Shown here: piece after piece, positions 10,462 through 22,618 of the stretch | How positions within the stretch are numbered: position 1 is the stretch's first letter | How the letters are laid out: every line of letters starts with the position of its first letter | From: an uncultured Xenococcaceae cyanobacterium | Lineage (GTDB): Bacteria; Cyanobacteriota; Cyanobacteriia; Cyanobacteriales; Xenococcaceae | Reading direction: 5' to 3' | NCBI GenBank assembly: GCA_937996665.1 | Contig: CALKUU010000263.1 | Location: 1,337-65,336 of the forward strand | DNA length: 64,000 nt | Position numbers and translations under genes: made by a program | Notes under the pieces: model-generated | What the model saw: the letters and a program-made list of their open reading frames with translations, nothing else | Told to the model about the DNA's origin: nothing | Databases searched by the model: none

Positions 10462-11205
10462 ATGCCACGAATACTAGTAATAGACGATGATCCGGCGATT
10501 TCTGAGTTGGTTTCTATCAATCTAGAAATGGCTGGTTATGATGTTAATCAGGCAGAAGATGGGATCAAGGGTCAGGCTCTAGCTGTTCAATTACAGCCCG
10601 ATTTAATCATGCTAGACCTCATGTTGCCAAAAGTAGATGGTTTTACCGTTTGTCAGAGAATACGTAGAGATGAAAGAACATCTGATATTCCTGTCTTAAT
10701 GCTTACCGCTTTGGGTCAAACCCAAGACAAAGTCGAGGGATTTAATGCAGGTGCTGATGACTATTTAACTAAGCCCTTCGAAGTTGAAGAGATGCTAGCA
10801 AGGGTAAGAGCTCTTCTGCGGAGAACAGATCGTATTCCTCAAGCCGCAAAACATTCTGAAATCTTGAATTATGGACCTCTGACTCTAATTCCTGAGAGAT
10901 TTGAGGCTGTCTGGTTCGATAATACTGTTAAACTAACTCACCTCGAGTTTGAACTACTTCATTGCCTATTGCAGCGTCACGGACAAACTGTAGCTCCCAG
11001 TGAAATTCTGAAAGAGGTTTGGGGTTACGATCCTGATGACGATATCGAAACGATTCGTGTTCATATCCGCCACCTTCGTACAAAACTAGAGCCTGATCCG
11101 CGCCATCCTCGTTTTATTAAAACCGTTTATGGTGCAGGTTATTGTTTAGAGCTTCCTAGCGTTGAACAGATAGATTTGAATAGTATTGATCAAGCTAGTG
11201 CTTAA
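10462..11205 (+). CDS. rpaA: OmpR-family response regulator RpaA
   Basis: [26 protein letters not shown]; [20 protein letters not shown]; [25 protein letters not shown]. Confidence 0.92.
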   Translation: MPRILVIDDDPAISELVSINLEMAGYDVNQAEDGIKGQALAVQLQPDLIMLDLMLPKVDGFTVCQRIRRDERTSDIPVLMLTALGQTQDKVEGFNAGADDYLTKPFEVEEMLARVRALLRRTDRIPQAAKHSEILNYGPLTLIPERFEAVWFDNTVKLTHLEFELLHCLLQRHGQTVAPSEILKEVWGYDPDDDIETIRVHIRHLRTKLEPDPRHPRFIKTVYGAGYCLELPSVEQIDLNSIDQASA

Positions 11206-11305
11206 TTGTTCAATATTTCAGTTATTGATAACCTTCTGATTTGGGTAGTCAAAGAAAGTCAATGTTTAGGTTGACCTTGTATTGCTAGTAAGTAAAAAAA
11301 TCAAT

Positions 11306-11352
11306 AAAAAAACCAAGGGACTTAATCTCAAAGTTCCCTTGATCGGTTTTTT
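11306..11352. terminator. Bidirectional stem-loop between convergent rpaA and the DUF3155 gene
   Basis: AAGGGACT...AGTTCCCTT stem flanked by an A-run and a T-run. Confidence 0.5.
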
Positions 11353-11408
11353 ATATTGAAAGATGGATTAGTATATGGAATTAATATAATTTCATCTAGT
11401 AAGATCCA

Positions 11409-11735
11409 CTAACGAGCTGCAACCGTCGCTGCTGCTTTGCTATTGTCGACCTCTTCTAAGTCGAAAGATTGAAGGCTAGGGAAAAGGAAGTGGTTCTCTT
11501 CGACGTATTGAGCTCCAAAGAGTCCTTTTTCTGCCCAAAAATACCTATCGGTCGTATGCTCATTTCTCCTAACTACTAAAAGTGCAGGAGGGATTATTCC
11601 CGATGAAGCAATATGTTTACGAGCTGCCGTTACTGGCTTATCTTCTCCACTCTCAATATTATGCTGAGGAATGAGCTCTAATATCTTCCTGCCTTCTTGG
11701 CGACGACGACTTTTGCGCTTACGTTTCCTTGCCAA
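11409..11735 (-). CDS. DUF3155 family protein (start revised to TTG at 11735)
   Basis: GGAGG RBS precedes TTG-ARKRKRKSRRRQEGRKIL; RRNEHTTDRYFWAEKGLFGAQY is conserved. The track's longer N-terminus looks spurious. Confidence 0.8.
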   Translation of the reverse strand: MARKRKRKSRRRQEGRKILELIPQHNIESGEDKPVTAARKHIASSGIIPPALLVVRRNEHTTDRYFWAEKGLFGAQYVEENHFLFPSLQSFDLEEVDNSKAAATVAAR

Positions 11736-11906
11736 ATCATTAACCTCCAAATCTACTTTATACAAAAGCATATTAATGTTAGTTATTGTAATGTTAGTTA
11801 CAAAACTGCTTCGAATTGTATCGTAAATATCAAAAAAAAGCAACTCCTTGTTATCCACATTTGATGAGTTCTTGAGGTTGTGGATTCATATCAAATAATA
11901 TGATTC

Positions 11907-13298
11907 ATGATTTTTACAGATCAAATGGATAGACAAAAATCATTAATTGATACGGTGTTCATGTCTTATTCTTATCCTGTTGCTAGTAATGAATTTGCTG
12001 CTTTATGTCAGTCTCAAATTAAGTTGTTAACTGATGGCTTAGGTGCCGTTTCAAGTGCTATCTATTTGACAATTGATGTGCCAGAGAATCAAGAGAGTAA
12101 TTTGCTTCTTTTTGTTGTGAACCCTAGCTCTGGCAATAAGTTTCCTTCGCAAATTAAAGGATTTGAATTGTTGGAAATTATCGAAAAAATTTCTTCTCAA
12201 AATGAATCTTTTTCTAACTATTATTTGCCAGGTATAGATCAAGAAGAGTCAAATTTTTCTGTGCAAATAAATCAGAATGATTTGTTGAATAAGCAGATTG
12301 TTCTTCCTCTGATTCATGATGATGTTGCTATGGGGTTGCTGTTAGTAGGAAGGGATGATCGTCCTTGGGCTCATCATGAATTGGATCAGATAAAATTAGT
12401 TTCTAGTACCTTGGCGATCGCCTGTTTTTTTGAAAAGCAATCTCAGTGGTATCAATCGCAATTAAGGCTTCAGCAAGGTATTCATTATTGGAATCAAGAA
12501 CAAATAGGTAATTTACTTCATCAACTCAAAAATCCTCTCACTGCATTAAGTACCTTTAGTAAACTATTGCTGAAAAGAATTTTGCCTGAAGATCGCAATC
12601 GAAAAGTAGTAACAAACATTTTAAGAGAAAGCGATCATCTTGCCAGTTTAATTGAACAGTTTTCCCAGGAGATAGAGGTTGACCAATCACTAGAGGAAGT
12701 GTCTATTGAGTTGGCTACAACCTCTAAGCTTATTGCGGGAGAAGTAAGTACAAATGCTGCTACTTCTGGTAATTTTTTGTTGCCAGCGAATCAAGATAGC
12801 TTGGAGAGTCTTGATCTTGCTGTTGTTTTAGAACCATTACTATTAACTAGTAGCACGATCGCTCAATCTAAAGGATTGAAATTCAGCTCAAATATTGATT
12901 GCGAGTCAACTTTGATTATGGGGAATGCGAATGCATTAGGTGAAGTTCTCAGCAATATTTTAGACAATGCGATTAAATATACTCCTAATCCTGGTCAGAT
13001 TAAGGTGAGTACTCAATCCAAGACCGATGTTGGCAACGGGAAGTTTCTTGGTGTTGTTATTGCTGATACTGGATATGGAATTTCTGAAGAAAATCAACAA
13101 CATCTTTTCACTCGCTATTATCGTGGTTCTCAGGCGCAAAGTGATATCCCAGGAACTGGTTTAGGTTTGGCGATCGCTAAACAATTAATTAACAACATGG
13201 GTGGAGAGATCGAAGTAATTAGCCCCAATCATAATTCTTCTGATAGTCGTTTTCCCGGAACTACAATGATTGTTTGGTTGAAGACAGTTAGTAGTTAA
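11907..13298 (+). CDS. GAF-domain sensor histidine kinase
   Basis: H-box LLHQLKNPLT; N-box NILDNAIKY; G boxes DTGYGI and GTGLGLAI; N-terminal GAF-like region. Confidence 0.9.
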   Translation: MIFTDQMDRQKSLIDTVFMSYSYPVASNEFAALCQSQIKLLTDGLGAVSSAIYLTIDVPENQESNLLLFVVNPSSGNKFPSQIKGFELLEIIEKISSQNESFSNYYLPGIDQEESNFSVQINQNDLLNKQIVLPLIHDDVAMGLLLVGRDDRPWAHHELDQIKLVSSTLAIACFFEKQSQWYQSQLRLQQGIHYWNQEQIGNLLHQLKNPLTALSTFSKLLLKRILPEDRNRKVVTNILRESDHLASLIEQFSQEIEVDQSLEEVSIELATTSKLIAGEVSTNAATSGNFLLPANQDSLESLDLAVVLEPLLLTSSTIAQSKGLKFSSNIDCESTLIMGNANALGEVLSNILDNAIKYTPNPGQIKVSTQSKTDVGNGKFLGVVIADTGYGISEENQQHLFTRYYRGSQAQSDIPGTGLGLAIAKQLINNMGGEIEVISPNHNSSDSRFPGTTMIVWLKTVSS

Positions 13299-13302
13299 TG
13301 CC

Positions 13303-14295
13303 ATGAGAAAACTATATTTTTTGCTACCAGGGACAAAAGGAAAATTTGGGGGAGGTGGCTTATGGGCAGAACTAAAAACGGTTCAATTAGCCCAGAAAAT
13401 CTGTGATGCGGCGATCGTTACTTATAAACAACGGGAGTCAGATCATCTTTTTTTAGCAGATATTTTGGATTCAGTAAATCCTCAAGATCATCTATTTGTG
13501 ATTAGTTGGGGCTTTGATGTTCCTAAATTAATTACTCGGCTTAAAAATCAGGCTGTAATTTATCATGCTCACAGTGCGGATTATGGCTTTAAAATTCCTG
13601 CAAATATTCCCATTGTTGCCGTTAGTCGCAACACCATGGGCTATTGGGGAGCGCAGGCTGCAAATTCCTTAATCTATTATTTGCCTAATCATTTGGGAAC
13701 TGAGTTCTATGATTATGGTCAGCCAAGAGATATTGATGTCTTGGTGCAAAAACGTAAGTCCTCTCGTTATTTATTAACAAACCTGCTTCCAGTCCTTCAG
13801 GCTCGTTGCAAGGTCAAGATAGTAGATAGTTACGTTGAAGATTTAGCTGCTCTATTTAATCGTAGTAAAGTTTATTTGTATGACTCTGCTGAATATTGGC
13901 GGGTAAGCGATGTTACTGAAGGATTTGGTCTGCCGCCACTAGAGGCAATGGCTTGTGGTTGTCAAGTTTTTGCTAGCTTAAACCATGCCCTTGCTGACTA
14001 TCTTGATCCTGGTTTTAATTGTCATAAAATTGGCTGTTATAGTCCGCAATATGATTTGGAACAGATTTTAAAAGTTCTTGATTCTTCGGCTAAATTTAAC
14101 CACCCACCGTCATTTTGGTCTCAATATCAAGAAGAAAATTTAGTTATTAGATTTCAGGTGATCTTAGCTGAAATCAATGACTTCTTCGATCGTCAAGCAG
14201 AACTAAACCCTTTAATTAGAGGGCTTGATTTTTGGTTAATCCAGAGATTAAAGATGCAGCGAGTACTACAAAAAATTCAGAAAAAACTAAGTTGA
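13303..14295 (+). CDS. Glycosyltransferase (GT-B/GT4-like)
   Basis: EGFGLPPLEAMACGC motif. Confidence 0.85.
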   Translation: MRKLYFLLPGTKGKFGGGGLWAELKTVQLAQKICDAAIVTYKQRESDHLFLADILDSVNPQDHLFVISWGFDVPKLITRLKNQAVIYHAHSADYGFKIPANIPIVAVSRNTMGYWGAQAANSLIYYLPNHLGTEFYDYGQPRDIDVLVQKRKSSRYLLTNLLPVLQARCKVKIVDSYVEDLAALFNRSKVYLYDSAEYWRVSDVTEGFGLPPLEAMACGCQVFASLNHALADYLDPGFNCHKIGCYSPQYDLEQILKVLDSSAKFNHPPSFWSQYQEENLVIRFQVILAEINDFFDRQAELNPLIRGLDFWLIQRLKMQRVLQKIQKKLS

Positions 14296-14305
14296 TAGAG
14301 GTCTT

Positions 14306-14340
14306 AATTTAGAGATTTTACAAAAGCTAATCTCTAAATT
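14306..14340. terminator. Stem-loop between convergent GT and ppc
   Basis: AATTTAGAGATT / AATCTCTAAATT perfect 12-bp inverted repeat. Confidence 0.55.
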
Positions 14341-14396
14341 TCTACACTCTTCTTTCTAAACTCTTTATTGGCTGACTTACTTGCTTGCTGAAGAAA

Positions 14397-17300
14397 TCAG
14401 CCTGTATTCCTCATTCCTGCTGCAATTCCATTGATAGTTAGCATTGCTCCGCGTAGCAGTTCTTCTTTGCTAAAGGGACGGAAATGCATCAAGTCATCAT
14501 CCTTACTGTATTGTCGTAGACGCTCGATTAGCGCTACTTGCAGAAAACCCAGAGGGACAATTGTGCCATTTCTAAGTTGAACTGATCGCTGTAGTTCTGG
14601 GTCTCCATCCAACAATTTTTTCTGTCCATTAATGGTGAGGATGATCTTTTTGGTTAGGTTATATTCTTCAGAGATCTTGGCAAATAGTTTTTGAAAACGT
14701 TCTTTATCTTCTGCTGGTGATAGTTTGTTTACGTAGTGTTCAGCTATCTGTAAATCAGCTTTTGCTAAGGTCATTTCTACTTTAGAGATAACCATCCGAA
14801 AAAATGGCCATTTGAAGTAAAAGTAGCGGAGTAGATTTAAATTTTTATGGGGTTCTTGGACTAGAAACTCTTCGAGTGCTGAGCCAATTCCATACCAGGC
14901 AGGCAGTAGAAAACGACTTTGAGTCCAGCTAAACACCCAAGGAATTGCTCTTAAGCTACTGATATCTTTTTTCTTGTTGCTACCTTTTTTGCCAGGACGC
15001 TTGGAGGGACGAGACCCGATTTGCAACTGGCTAATGACATCTATGGGGGTAATTGCTAAGAAAAAATCAACGAAATCTGGTTCTTCGATTAGAGATCGAT
15101 AAGCACTTCGCGATCGCGCCGATAATTCTTCCATCACCTGATTCCAAGGTTCAACCCGATCAAAACCACTCCCTAGCAAGCTAGATTGGATTACTGCGGT
15201 GGTCATTGTCTCTAGATGATACATCGCCAATTCTGGCAACGAGTACTTTGAGGCTAAAACCTCTCCCTGTTCTGTGATTTTGATTCTTCCTTTAATCGTG
15301 TCTGTGGGTTGAGCCAAAATCGCGGCATAGGCTGGACCTCCACCTCTACCAACAGAACCACCTCTGCCGTGAAATAAGCGCAAAGAAACCCCATATTCTG
15401 TTGCCACCTTTTCTAAAGCTTTTTGGGCTTTATGAATTTCCCAATTACTACTTAGAAACCCTGAATCCTTATTACTGTCGGAATAGCCCAACATGACTTC
15501 TTGCAGATGGGAAGGGGTTAGTGACGGCAGCGAAATTTCTTGAGGTTTGTTACTTTTGTCCGATTCTGAAGATGCTAGTTTGTCGTATCCTCCCGCTAGG
15601 GCTGCTCGATATAGTTTTGATTCGAACAATTTTTTCATTACTGTGGGCGCGCTTTTTAAATCGTCTACTGTTTCGAACAGAGGAACAATCCGTAGCGTGA
15701 TCCGACCACTACCAGGGTCATATAGACCAGCTTCTTGAGCCAACAACATGACTTCAAGTACATCGCTAGCATCATTGGTCATGCTGATAATGTAAGTTTG
15801 GCAAATACCCACTCCAAACTCGCGTTGGAGTTTCTTGAGCATGTGGAAAGTTTCAACCACTTCTTTCGTTCTCTCAGAAAAAGGCATTTCTCTGGGGATC
15901 AGAGGTCGACGAGTTTTTAGTTCTTGGATCAGCCAATTGACCTTATCCTCTTCACTAAGGTCGTTGTAAGAACAATCTAGAACTCCTAGATAATCGGCAA
16001 ATTCACTAATTGCATCAGAATGAACTGATGATTCTTGGCGAAAATCGAGTTGAGTGAGGGTGAAAGAGAATACTTCTACTTGGCAAATTAAGTTATCTAG
16101 TTCTCGGCAATGAAGTGCAGTCTTCGCAAGACTATTTTGAATTAACTTTAAATCGGCAAGAAATTCATGTTCATTGGCATAAAAGTTTTCTTGTCTGGGT
16201 TTTCCTTCTTGATTGGCTAGGACTTGATTGCGATCGCTTGTATTTTGCAGCTTTTGAGCGATGTAGGCTAGTTTTAAGCGATAAGGCTCTTGGCGATAAC
16301 GCATTGCTAGCTTTTCATAGATTTCTGGCATTTCTTGACGACTCTGCTCTAAAGAGTCCAATAACTCGGGGAGTACCTTACTCCAATGGAGGGATAGACT
16401 TAGCAACTCTTGTAATTGCCCAATCGAGTCGAGATATTTCTTTAAAACAATATTTCTTTGGTAGCAAGCTGTTTGCCAAGTTACTGCGGGGGTGACAAAC
16501 GGGTTGCCATCACGGTCGGAGCCTACCCAAGAGCCAAAATAACAAAAGTTATGGGTAGGCGCTGTTAATTGCGGGAAATTAGCTTTTAAAGTTTGCTTAA
16601 GACGATTAGCTAATTGAGGGATGACTTCAAACAATACTTCTTGAAAATAATGGAGAGCATAGTCAACCTCGTCTAAGACATCGGGCTTGAACTGATGTAA
16701 TTCATCGGTTCGCCACCATAAACGAATCTCTTCTGTTAATTCGGCGATCGCTTCATCTACTTCCCAAGAGTTGTCCTCGCCAGTTTCCTTATTGTGATCT
16801 TCAACAATATCCAATCGACTGAGAATATTAGAAATTCGGCGCTGTTTCTTTCTGATCGTATGGCGGACAATTTCGGTTGGATGGGCTGTGAATACTAAGC
16901 GAATATCAAGTTGCAATAACAATCGCTGTAGCATTTGTGGCGGCATATTTATCTTCTTCAGATAGGGGAATAACCACTGAAATGTTCCTGCCTTACTAAA
17001 GTTATTATTCTGCTCAATCCATGATTCTTCTAAATTTTTCGCCCCTAAAGAATTATCAACCGCAGTTGATGTCTCTTGCTGTTCCTTAAATGTCTTAAAT
17101 TCAGTCTCTTCTATTTTCGCTTGTTGTTCCGAAATAGGTTTAGATTTCCGAGCTACCTTTTGTTCTTGCTGCTCATAGTGCTGCTCGACAATATTGATGA
17201 GTTGAAAGTAGAGCGCAAATGCACGAGCCGCTTGGATAGCATCCTCAATTCTAAGACTTTCAATTACTTGGGGAACCGAAGATTGGGGTAGATCTTGTGC

Positions 17301-17483
17301 CTGACCTTCTGGAGAGGATACTTGGCGCATTTTTTGAAGCAAGTCCACCATTTCCTGACCATATTCAGAACGAAGAACTGACTCCCAAAGTTGATCAATT
17401 AGCTTTAATCGCTTACGCAATAGGAGGTGAGATTTTGAAAGTTGATTTACCTCTGAAGCAGAAACCTGAAGCAGCGAACTCAT
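14397..17483 (-). CDS. ppc: Phosphoenolpyruvate carboxylase
   Basis: [61 protein letters not shown]-terminus. Confidence 0.98.
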   Translation of the reverse strand: MSSLLQVSASEVNQLSKSHLLLRKRLKLIDQLWESVLRSEYGQEMVDLLQKMRQVSSPEGQAQDLPQSSVPQVIESLRIEDAIQAARAFALYFQLINIVEQHYEQQEQKVARKSKPISEQQAKIEETEFKTFKEQQETSTAVDNSLGAKNLEESWIEQNNNFSKAGTFQWLFPYLKKINMPPQMLQRLLLQLDIRLVFTAHPTEIVRHTIRKKQRRISNILSRLDIVEDHNKETGEDNSWEVDEAIAELTEEIRLWWRTDELHQFKPDVLDEVDYALHYFQEVLFEVIPQLANRLKQTLKANFPQLTAPTHNFCYFGSWVGSDRDGNPFVTPAVTWQTACYQRNIVLKKYLDSIGQLQELLSLSLHWSKVLPELLDSLEQSRQEMPEIYEKLAMRYRQEPYRLKLAYIAQKLQNTSDRNQVLANQEGKPRQENFYANEHEFLADLKLIQNSLAKTALHCRELDNLICQVEVFSFTLTQLDFRQESSVHSDAISEFADYLGVLDCSYNDLSEEDKVNWLIQELKTRRPLIPREMPFSERTKEVVETFHMLKKLQREFGVGICQTYIISMTNDASDVLEVMLLAQEAGLYDPGSGRITLRIVPLFETVDDLKSAPTVMKKLFESKLYRAALAGGYDKLASSESDKSNKPQEISLPSLTPSHLQEVMLGYSDSNKDSGFLSSNWEIHKAQKALEKVATEYGVSLRLFHGRGGSVGRGGGPAYAAILAQPTDTIKGRIKITEQGEVLASKYSLPELAMYHLETMTTAVIQSSLLGSGFDRVEPWNQVMEELSARSRSAYRSLIEEPDFVDFFLAITPIDVISQLQIGSRPSKRPGKKGSNKKKDISSLRAIPWVFSWTQSRFLLPAWYGIGSALEEFLVQEPHKNLNLLRYFYFKWPFFRMVISKVEMTLAKADLQIAEHYVNKLSPAEDKERFQKLFAKISEEYNLTKKIILTINGQKKLLDGDPELQRSVQLRNGTIVPLGFLQVALIERLRQYSKDDDLMHFRPFSKEELLRGAMLTINGIAAGMRNTG

Positions 17484-17643
17484 AAAGACTCCAACTATAA
17501 AAACTTTAACTCTCTTTTAGCTACTTAACCCAAAAAACCGATGATGGTAATGAATTTGATAATCAATATCAAGAAGTAATATACTTCATAATCGCTTCCT
17601 TGTTACGCAGATCCGTAATTACCTTAAGCTTTTGAAGCTTAAA

Positions 17644-17865
17644 TTAATTGAGCTGTTTATCTGAGGCTGTTTGAGTCAAAGATGAATGGTCGGAAAAACT
17701 CAATAATGGTAGCTGCTCAGCTCTAAATATTTCCTCGCTAAATTTACCAAGCTCCAACAAATACTTTTCCCAAGTTTTTAAAAGCAAAATTGTGAGCAAA
17801 AAAGGACTAATCGCCAAACTTAAAACCATAAGTGTGGATAAAGGGAGTTGTTGATTTTGTTTCAT
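17644..17865 (-). CDS. Small conserved membrane-associated hypothetical protein
   Basis: 73 aa, hydrophobic N-half, SEEIFRAEQLPLL resembles a cyanobacterial small-protein motif. Confidence 0.55.
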   Translation of the reverse strand: MKQNQQLPLSTLMVLSLAISPFLLTILLLKTWEKYLLELGKFSEEIFRAEQLPLLSFSDHSSLTQTASDKQLN

Positions 17866-18273
17866 GATTAATTAGGCTTGCTCCATCTGATGTGAATAGT
17901 TTGGCTGAAGTCTCTCAGTTACTTGATTACGAGATAATTGAACTTAAATCTATAACCTCTTTAAAGTTGTCTCAGTTTTTGACTATTCAGTTGTCGTGAC
18001 TCGAACTGAGTAGTCTTCTCTCATCTTATGCTGGATCTTCTTAACTAGTTATAAGTTAGTTGCTTTTCGTTTTATCTTTGCTTCTCTATTAAAAGAAATT
18101 ATCATTAACTATTGGCATTTATTATTAATAAGTAGTAAGCTTCTTCTTAGTGTTCTCCTCTTGAGGGATCGGCAGGTGAGTTTTTCCGCTTAGGAAGTTT
18201 TCTCCCCTGTTTTTTTTGCCGATATAATGGCCTTTGTTGTGGTTGAATTCCGTTAAGTAATTCAGAGTAATTT

Positions 18274-19782
18274 ATGGCTACGAAATTTAGTCATTATGAT
18301 GTGATTGTGATTGGTTCTGGAATTGGTGGACTTGTTACTGCCACACAGCTTGTCGCCAAAGGTGCGAAAGTTTTGGTTTTGGAAAGTTACCTGATTCCTG
18401 GTGGTAGTGCTGGTTATTTTACGCGGGAAGATTATGTCTTCGATGTTGGGGCTTCCATGATTTTTGGTTTTGGGGAGCAAGGTACTACTAATCTGTTGAC
18501 TAAGGCTTTAGATGCTGTTGGGCAAACACTGCCAACCATTCCTGACCCAGTGCAAATTCACTATCATTTACCCGATCAGCGACAGCTTAAAGTTCATTAC
18601 GATTATGAGAAATATTTGCAAGAACTGGTTAGCCTTTTTCCTAATGAGTCTCAAGGCATTAGGGGTTTTTATGATGAATGTCGCTATATATTCGATTGTC
18701 TCAATCAAATTGAGCTTCTTTCTCTAGAAGATCCTCGTTATGTAGCCAGAGTATTTTGGCAAAAACCCTTAGCTTGTCTAGGTTTAGCAAAATATCTACC
18801 CCAAAATGTTAATAATCTAGTAGCTCGTCATATTCGTGATCCGCTGTTAAAAAAGTTTATTGACTTGGAATGTTATTGCTGGTCTGTAATGCCTGCTGCG
18901 CGGACTCCTGCTATTAATGCGGGGATGGTTTTTAGCGATCGCCACTATGGAGGGGTTCGTTATCCTCAAGGTGGGGTGGGGCAAATTGCCCAAAAGCTAG
19001 TGGCGGGTTTACTCAAGTTTGGCGGAGAAATCCGTTACAGGTCGCGAGTAAATAAAATTTTGCTGGAAAATAAGCGAGCAGTAGGGGTAAAACTTACTAC
19101 TGGAGAAGAATATTTTGCTCGAAGGATCGTTTCTAATGCTACTCGTTGGGATACTTTTGATAAATTATTGCCTACTGAGGCAAAACCTCGGCAAGAAATT
19201 AGGTGGCAACAAAGGTATAAAAAGTCTCCGAGCTTTGTCAGTCTCCATTTAGGTGTGGACGCCAATGTGATTCCAAAAAACTGCGAATGTCATCATGTTT
19301 TGCTGGAAGAATGGCAAAATATGGAAAAATCTTTGGGTACTATTTTTGTTTCGATTCCGACCTTATTAGACCCTAACTTAGCACCACCAGAACATCATAT
19401 TATTCATACCTTTACCCCTAGCTATATATCTGAGTGGCAAAATTTAACTCCTCACCAGTATCAAGCTCGCAAAGAATTAGTTAGTGGGCAAATTATTGAG
19501 CGGTTAGAAAAGATTTTTCCAGGATTATCTGCTGGTTTAGACTTTCAAGAAGTCGGAACTCCTCGTACTCATCGGCGATTTTTGAACCGAATTGATGGCA
19601 CTTATGGCGCAGTTGCTAATCAAAGACTATTCGGTTTACTGGGGATGCCTTTTAATCGAACTGCAATTCAACATCTATATTGTGTTGGCGATAGTACTTT
19701 TCCTGGACAAGGATTGAACGCAGTTGCTTTTTCTGGAATGAGCTGTAGTCACCGTATTGCAGGTGATTTAGGATTTAGATAA
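18274..19782 (+). CDS. crtH: Carotenoid isomerase
   Basis: VIVIGSGIGGL FAD motif; FDVGASMIFGFG, FSDRHYGGVRYPQGG, CVGDSTFPGQGLNAVAFSG. Confidence 0.92.
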   Translation: MATKFSHYDVIVIGSGIGGLVTATQLVAKGAKVLVLESYLIPGGSAGYFTREDYVFDVGASMIFGFGEQGTTNLLTKALDAVGQTLPTIPDPVQIHYHLPDQRQLKVHYDYEKYLQELVSLFPNESQGIRGFYDECRYIFDCLNQIELLSLEDPRYVARVFWQKPLACLGLAKYLPQNVNNLVARHIRDPLLKKFIDLECYCWSVMPAARTPAINAGMVFSDRHYGGVRYPQGGVGQIAQKLVAGLLKFGGEIRYRSRVNKILLENKRAVGVKLTTGEEYFARRIVSNATRWDTFDKLLPTEAKPRQEIRWQQRYKKSPSFVSLHLGVDANVIPKNCECHHVLLEEWQNMEKSLGTIFVSIPTLLDPNLAPPEHHIIHTFTPSYISEWQNLTPHQYQARKELVSGQIIERLEKIFPGLSAGLDFQEVGTPRTHRRFLNRIDGTYGAVANQRLFGLLGMPFNRTAIQHLYCVGDSTFPGQGLNAVAFSGMSCSHRIAGDLGFR

Positions 19783-19932
19783 TCTGCGTTTTTTGCTTAG
19801 ATGGTCTAAGGGAAATGCGGAAAAGTCTAGATGAATTTGATTTATTACGGTTTCTATCACTGCATAGTGGCACCTAAACGAGGTACATTAATTGCAAATG
19901 GTAAACAAATGTTAATAAGATTAAATTGATCT

Positions 19933-22296
19933 ATGTTTGAATACTTTAACGAAAAAGCTATAAAAACAGTAGTCCTTTCCCAAGAAGAGGCGAGAAGAGC
20001 TGGATATAATCTAGTTGGCAGTGAACATCTATTGCTGGGCATTATTGGCGAGGGTTCATCTGCTGCCGCGAAACTTTTAGAAGCTAACGGTATTAACACT
20101 AAGCAGACTAGGCAAGTTATTGAACAATTGGTAGGTAGGGGTGGTGGTTTTAGTCCGACAAATATTCCCTTTACACCTAGGGTTAAGAAGATTTTTGAAT
20201 TGGCTTTCGAAGAGTCACGCCAATTAGGTGACAATTTTATTAGTCCTGAACATTTGCTGTTAGCAATTTTGAAGGAAGTTGATACTGTAGCGGCTAAGAC
20301 CTTACTTAATCAAGGAATTGAGCTTGAGGATTTGCGAGTAGAACTTATCAAAAAATTGGGCGAAAAAGAACCATCTCTAGCGGGTGAGAATAAACGTTTT
20401 AACCCATTTGGAATGGGTGAAGAGCGTTCTGCTAAGCCTCGTTTGGCAGAATTCAGTACGAACTTAACTGAGTTGGCAAAAGAAGGAAAGCTCGATCCTG
20501 TTGTCGGCAGAAAAGCAGAAATTCAGCGAGCTATTCAAATTTTGGGACGTAGAACCAAGAATAATCCAGTTTTAGTTGGCGAACCTGGGGTTGGTAAGAC
20601 AGCGATCGCTGAAGGTCTTGCCCAAAGAATTGTGGCAGGCGAAGTTCCTGACTTGATGGAAGATAAGGAAGTAATCAGTCTTAATATGGGTTCTTTGTTA
20701 GCCGGAACCAAGTTTCGGGGAGAATTTGAAGAACGCCTTAAATCGGTTATCGAAGAAGTAAAGAAAGCCGGAAATATCATTTTAGTTATCGATGAAATTC
20801 ATACGATGATGGGTGCTGGTGCTATGGGCGGAGCGATGGATGCGGCTAATATGCTCAAACCATCTTTAGCTCGTGGTGAACTTCAATGTCTTGGTAGCAC
20901 CACTCTTGATGAATATCGTAAGCATATTGAGAAAGATGCTGCTTTAGAGCGTCGATTCCAAAAGGTTTTGGTGGGTGAACCTTCGGTAGAAGATAGCATC
21001 ATTATTCTGCAAGGACTACAAAAAACCTATGAGGAATTTCATAAGGTTAAATTCACCGATAAAGCAATTGAGTCTACGGTTATTTTTTCGGAAAGATACA
21101 TTACGGATCGCTTTTTACCCGACAAAGCCATTGATTTGCTTGATGAGGCTGGATCGAGAGTTCATCTCAGACATTCAATGGTTAAAGATGTCGTAGAGCC
21201 TGAAAACACACCTATTGATCCTCAGGCTTTGACTCCTGTGGTTGATGAGACTGAGATTGCAGAGATAGTTTCTGCTTGGACTGGGATACCTGTTGCCAAG
21301 ACTGATGCAACTGAAGCTGAAGCACTAGTTAACTTAGAAGTTAATCTTCATGAGCGAGTGATTGGTCAAGATGAAGCGGTTAAGTCGGTTGCTCGTGCTT
21401 TGCGCCGTTCTCGTTCTGGCTTAGGCGATCGCGATCGCCCAATTGCTAGCATGATCTTTTCTGGCCCTACTGGAGTAGGTAAAACTGAATTGGCTAAGGC
21501 TTTAGCTAGTTTAATGTTTGGCAAAGAAGATGCCATGATTCGCATCGATATGTCCGAATATATGGAACCTCATACGGTTTCCAAACTAATTGGTTCTCCT
21601 CCAGGATTTGTTGGTTTCGATGAAGGTGGACAGTTAACTGAAGCAGTTAGACGTAAACCCTATTCAGTAATCTTGTTTGACGAGATCGAAAAGGCTCATC
21701 CTGATGTCTTTAACCTCTTTTTACAATTGTTGGATGATGGAAGGATTACTGATGCGAAAGGTCGGGTGGTCAATTTTAAAAATACTGTGATCATCATGAC
21801 TTCCAATATTGGCGCGAAAGCGATCGAGAAAGGAGGCACTGGTCTGGGATTTGGCTTAGCCGATGATTCTGGTGAAGCAGAATACCAAAAAATTAAAGGG
21901 CTAGTTAATGACGAATTAAAAAACTACTTTCGTCCCGAATTTCTCAACCGTTTAGATGAAGTGATTGTCTTCCGCCAGCTTAGTAAGCTTGAGGTTGCGG
22001 CAATTTCTGAGATCTTGTTAGCTGAGATTTCTGCTCAGTTAAAAGAACAAAGAAACATTACCCTTGAGGTTACTAAAGCTTTTACCGACAAGGTTGTTGA
22101 TGAAGGTTTCGACCCTAGTTATGGAGCAAGACCGTTACGTCGAGCGATTATGAGATTACTTGAAGATAGTTTGGCTGAAGCTATTCTCTCAGGGAGAATT
22201 GTTGACGGCGATCATGCTTTAGTTGATGTTGGTGGTGAAGGTAAAACTATGATTTCTGCTGCTAGACAATCTGCATTAGTTGAATCAACTACTTGA
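19933..22296 (+). CDS. clpC: ATP-dependent Clp protease ATPase, ClpC-like paralog with short middle region
   Basis: [11 protein letters not shown] double Clp-N domain; Walker A motifs GEPGVGKT and GPTGVGKT; LGF loop (GGTGLGFG). Confidence 0.8.
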   Translation: MFEYFNEKAIKTVVLSQEEARRAGYNLVGSEHLLLGIIGEGSSAAAKLLEANGINTKQTRQVIEQLVGRGGGFSPTNIPFTPRVKKIFELAFEESRQLGDNFISPEHLLLAILKEVDTVAAKTLLNQGIELEDLRVELIKKLGEKEPSLAGENKRFNPFGMGEERSAKPRLAEFSTNLTELAKEGKLDPVVGRKAEIQRAIQILGRRTKNNPVLVGEPGVGKTAIAEGLAQRIVAGEVPDLMEDKEVISLNMGSLLAGTKFRGEFEERLKSVIEEVKKAGNIILVIDEIHTMMGAGAMGGAMDAANMLKPSLARGELQCLGSTTLDEYRKHIEKDAALERRFQKVLVGEPSVEDSIIILQGLQKTYEEFHKVKFTDKAIESTVIFSERYITDRFLPDKAIDLLDEAGSRVHLRHSMVKDVVEPENTPIDPQALTPVVDETEIAEIVSAWTGIPVAKTDATEAEALVNLEVNLHERVIGQDEAVKSVARALRRSRSGLGDRDRPIASMIFSGPTGVGKTELAKALASLMFGKEDAMIRIDMSEYMEPHTVSKLIGSPPGFVGFDEGGQLTEAVRRKPYSVILFDEIEKAHPDVFNLFLQLLDDGRITDAKGRVVNFKNTVIIMTSNIGAKAIEKGGTGLGFGLADDSGEAEYQKIKGLVNDELKNYFRPEFLNRLDEVIVFRQLSKLEVAAISEILLAEISAQLKEQRNITLEVTKAFTDKVVDEGFDPSYGARPLRRAIMRLLEDSLAEAILSGRIVDGDHALVDVGGEGKTMISAARQSALVESTT

Positions 22297-22618
22297 TTTG
22301 TCTCAGCTTAAATTTTGATGCCAATCGGCAATCATTAATCGCTGCGAAAAAGTTTTGACAGCGACTTGCTATCTGGCAAGAACTTGTTAAAACTATTTTC
22401 TTCTCTGTGAATCAATAAGTTGATCTTGATTTTTAGGTTTTTTAGCTTGTATGGCAACTGAGTTTGCTTCTGAATTCAGTTTTGAGACTCGACTTTAAAA
22501 CTTTCCTAGTTAGAGATCTGAAATTTTTAGAGATCTGGAATTTACTAAAAATCTGGGTTTACTTAGAGGTTGATTTTTTGAAACGGAGCAAGCCTAAATT
22601 AGCAAATCTGATTAATAA

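Noticed and set aside
15547-17485. Several plus-strand ORFs inside ppc
   Set aside because: Antisense open frames produced by codon bias; no motifs. The same applies to shadow ORFs in clpC, crtH, the M50 gene, ptrB, priA, the FG-GAP gene and the lyases.
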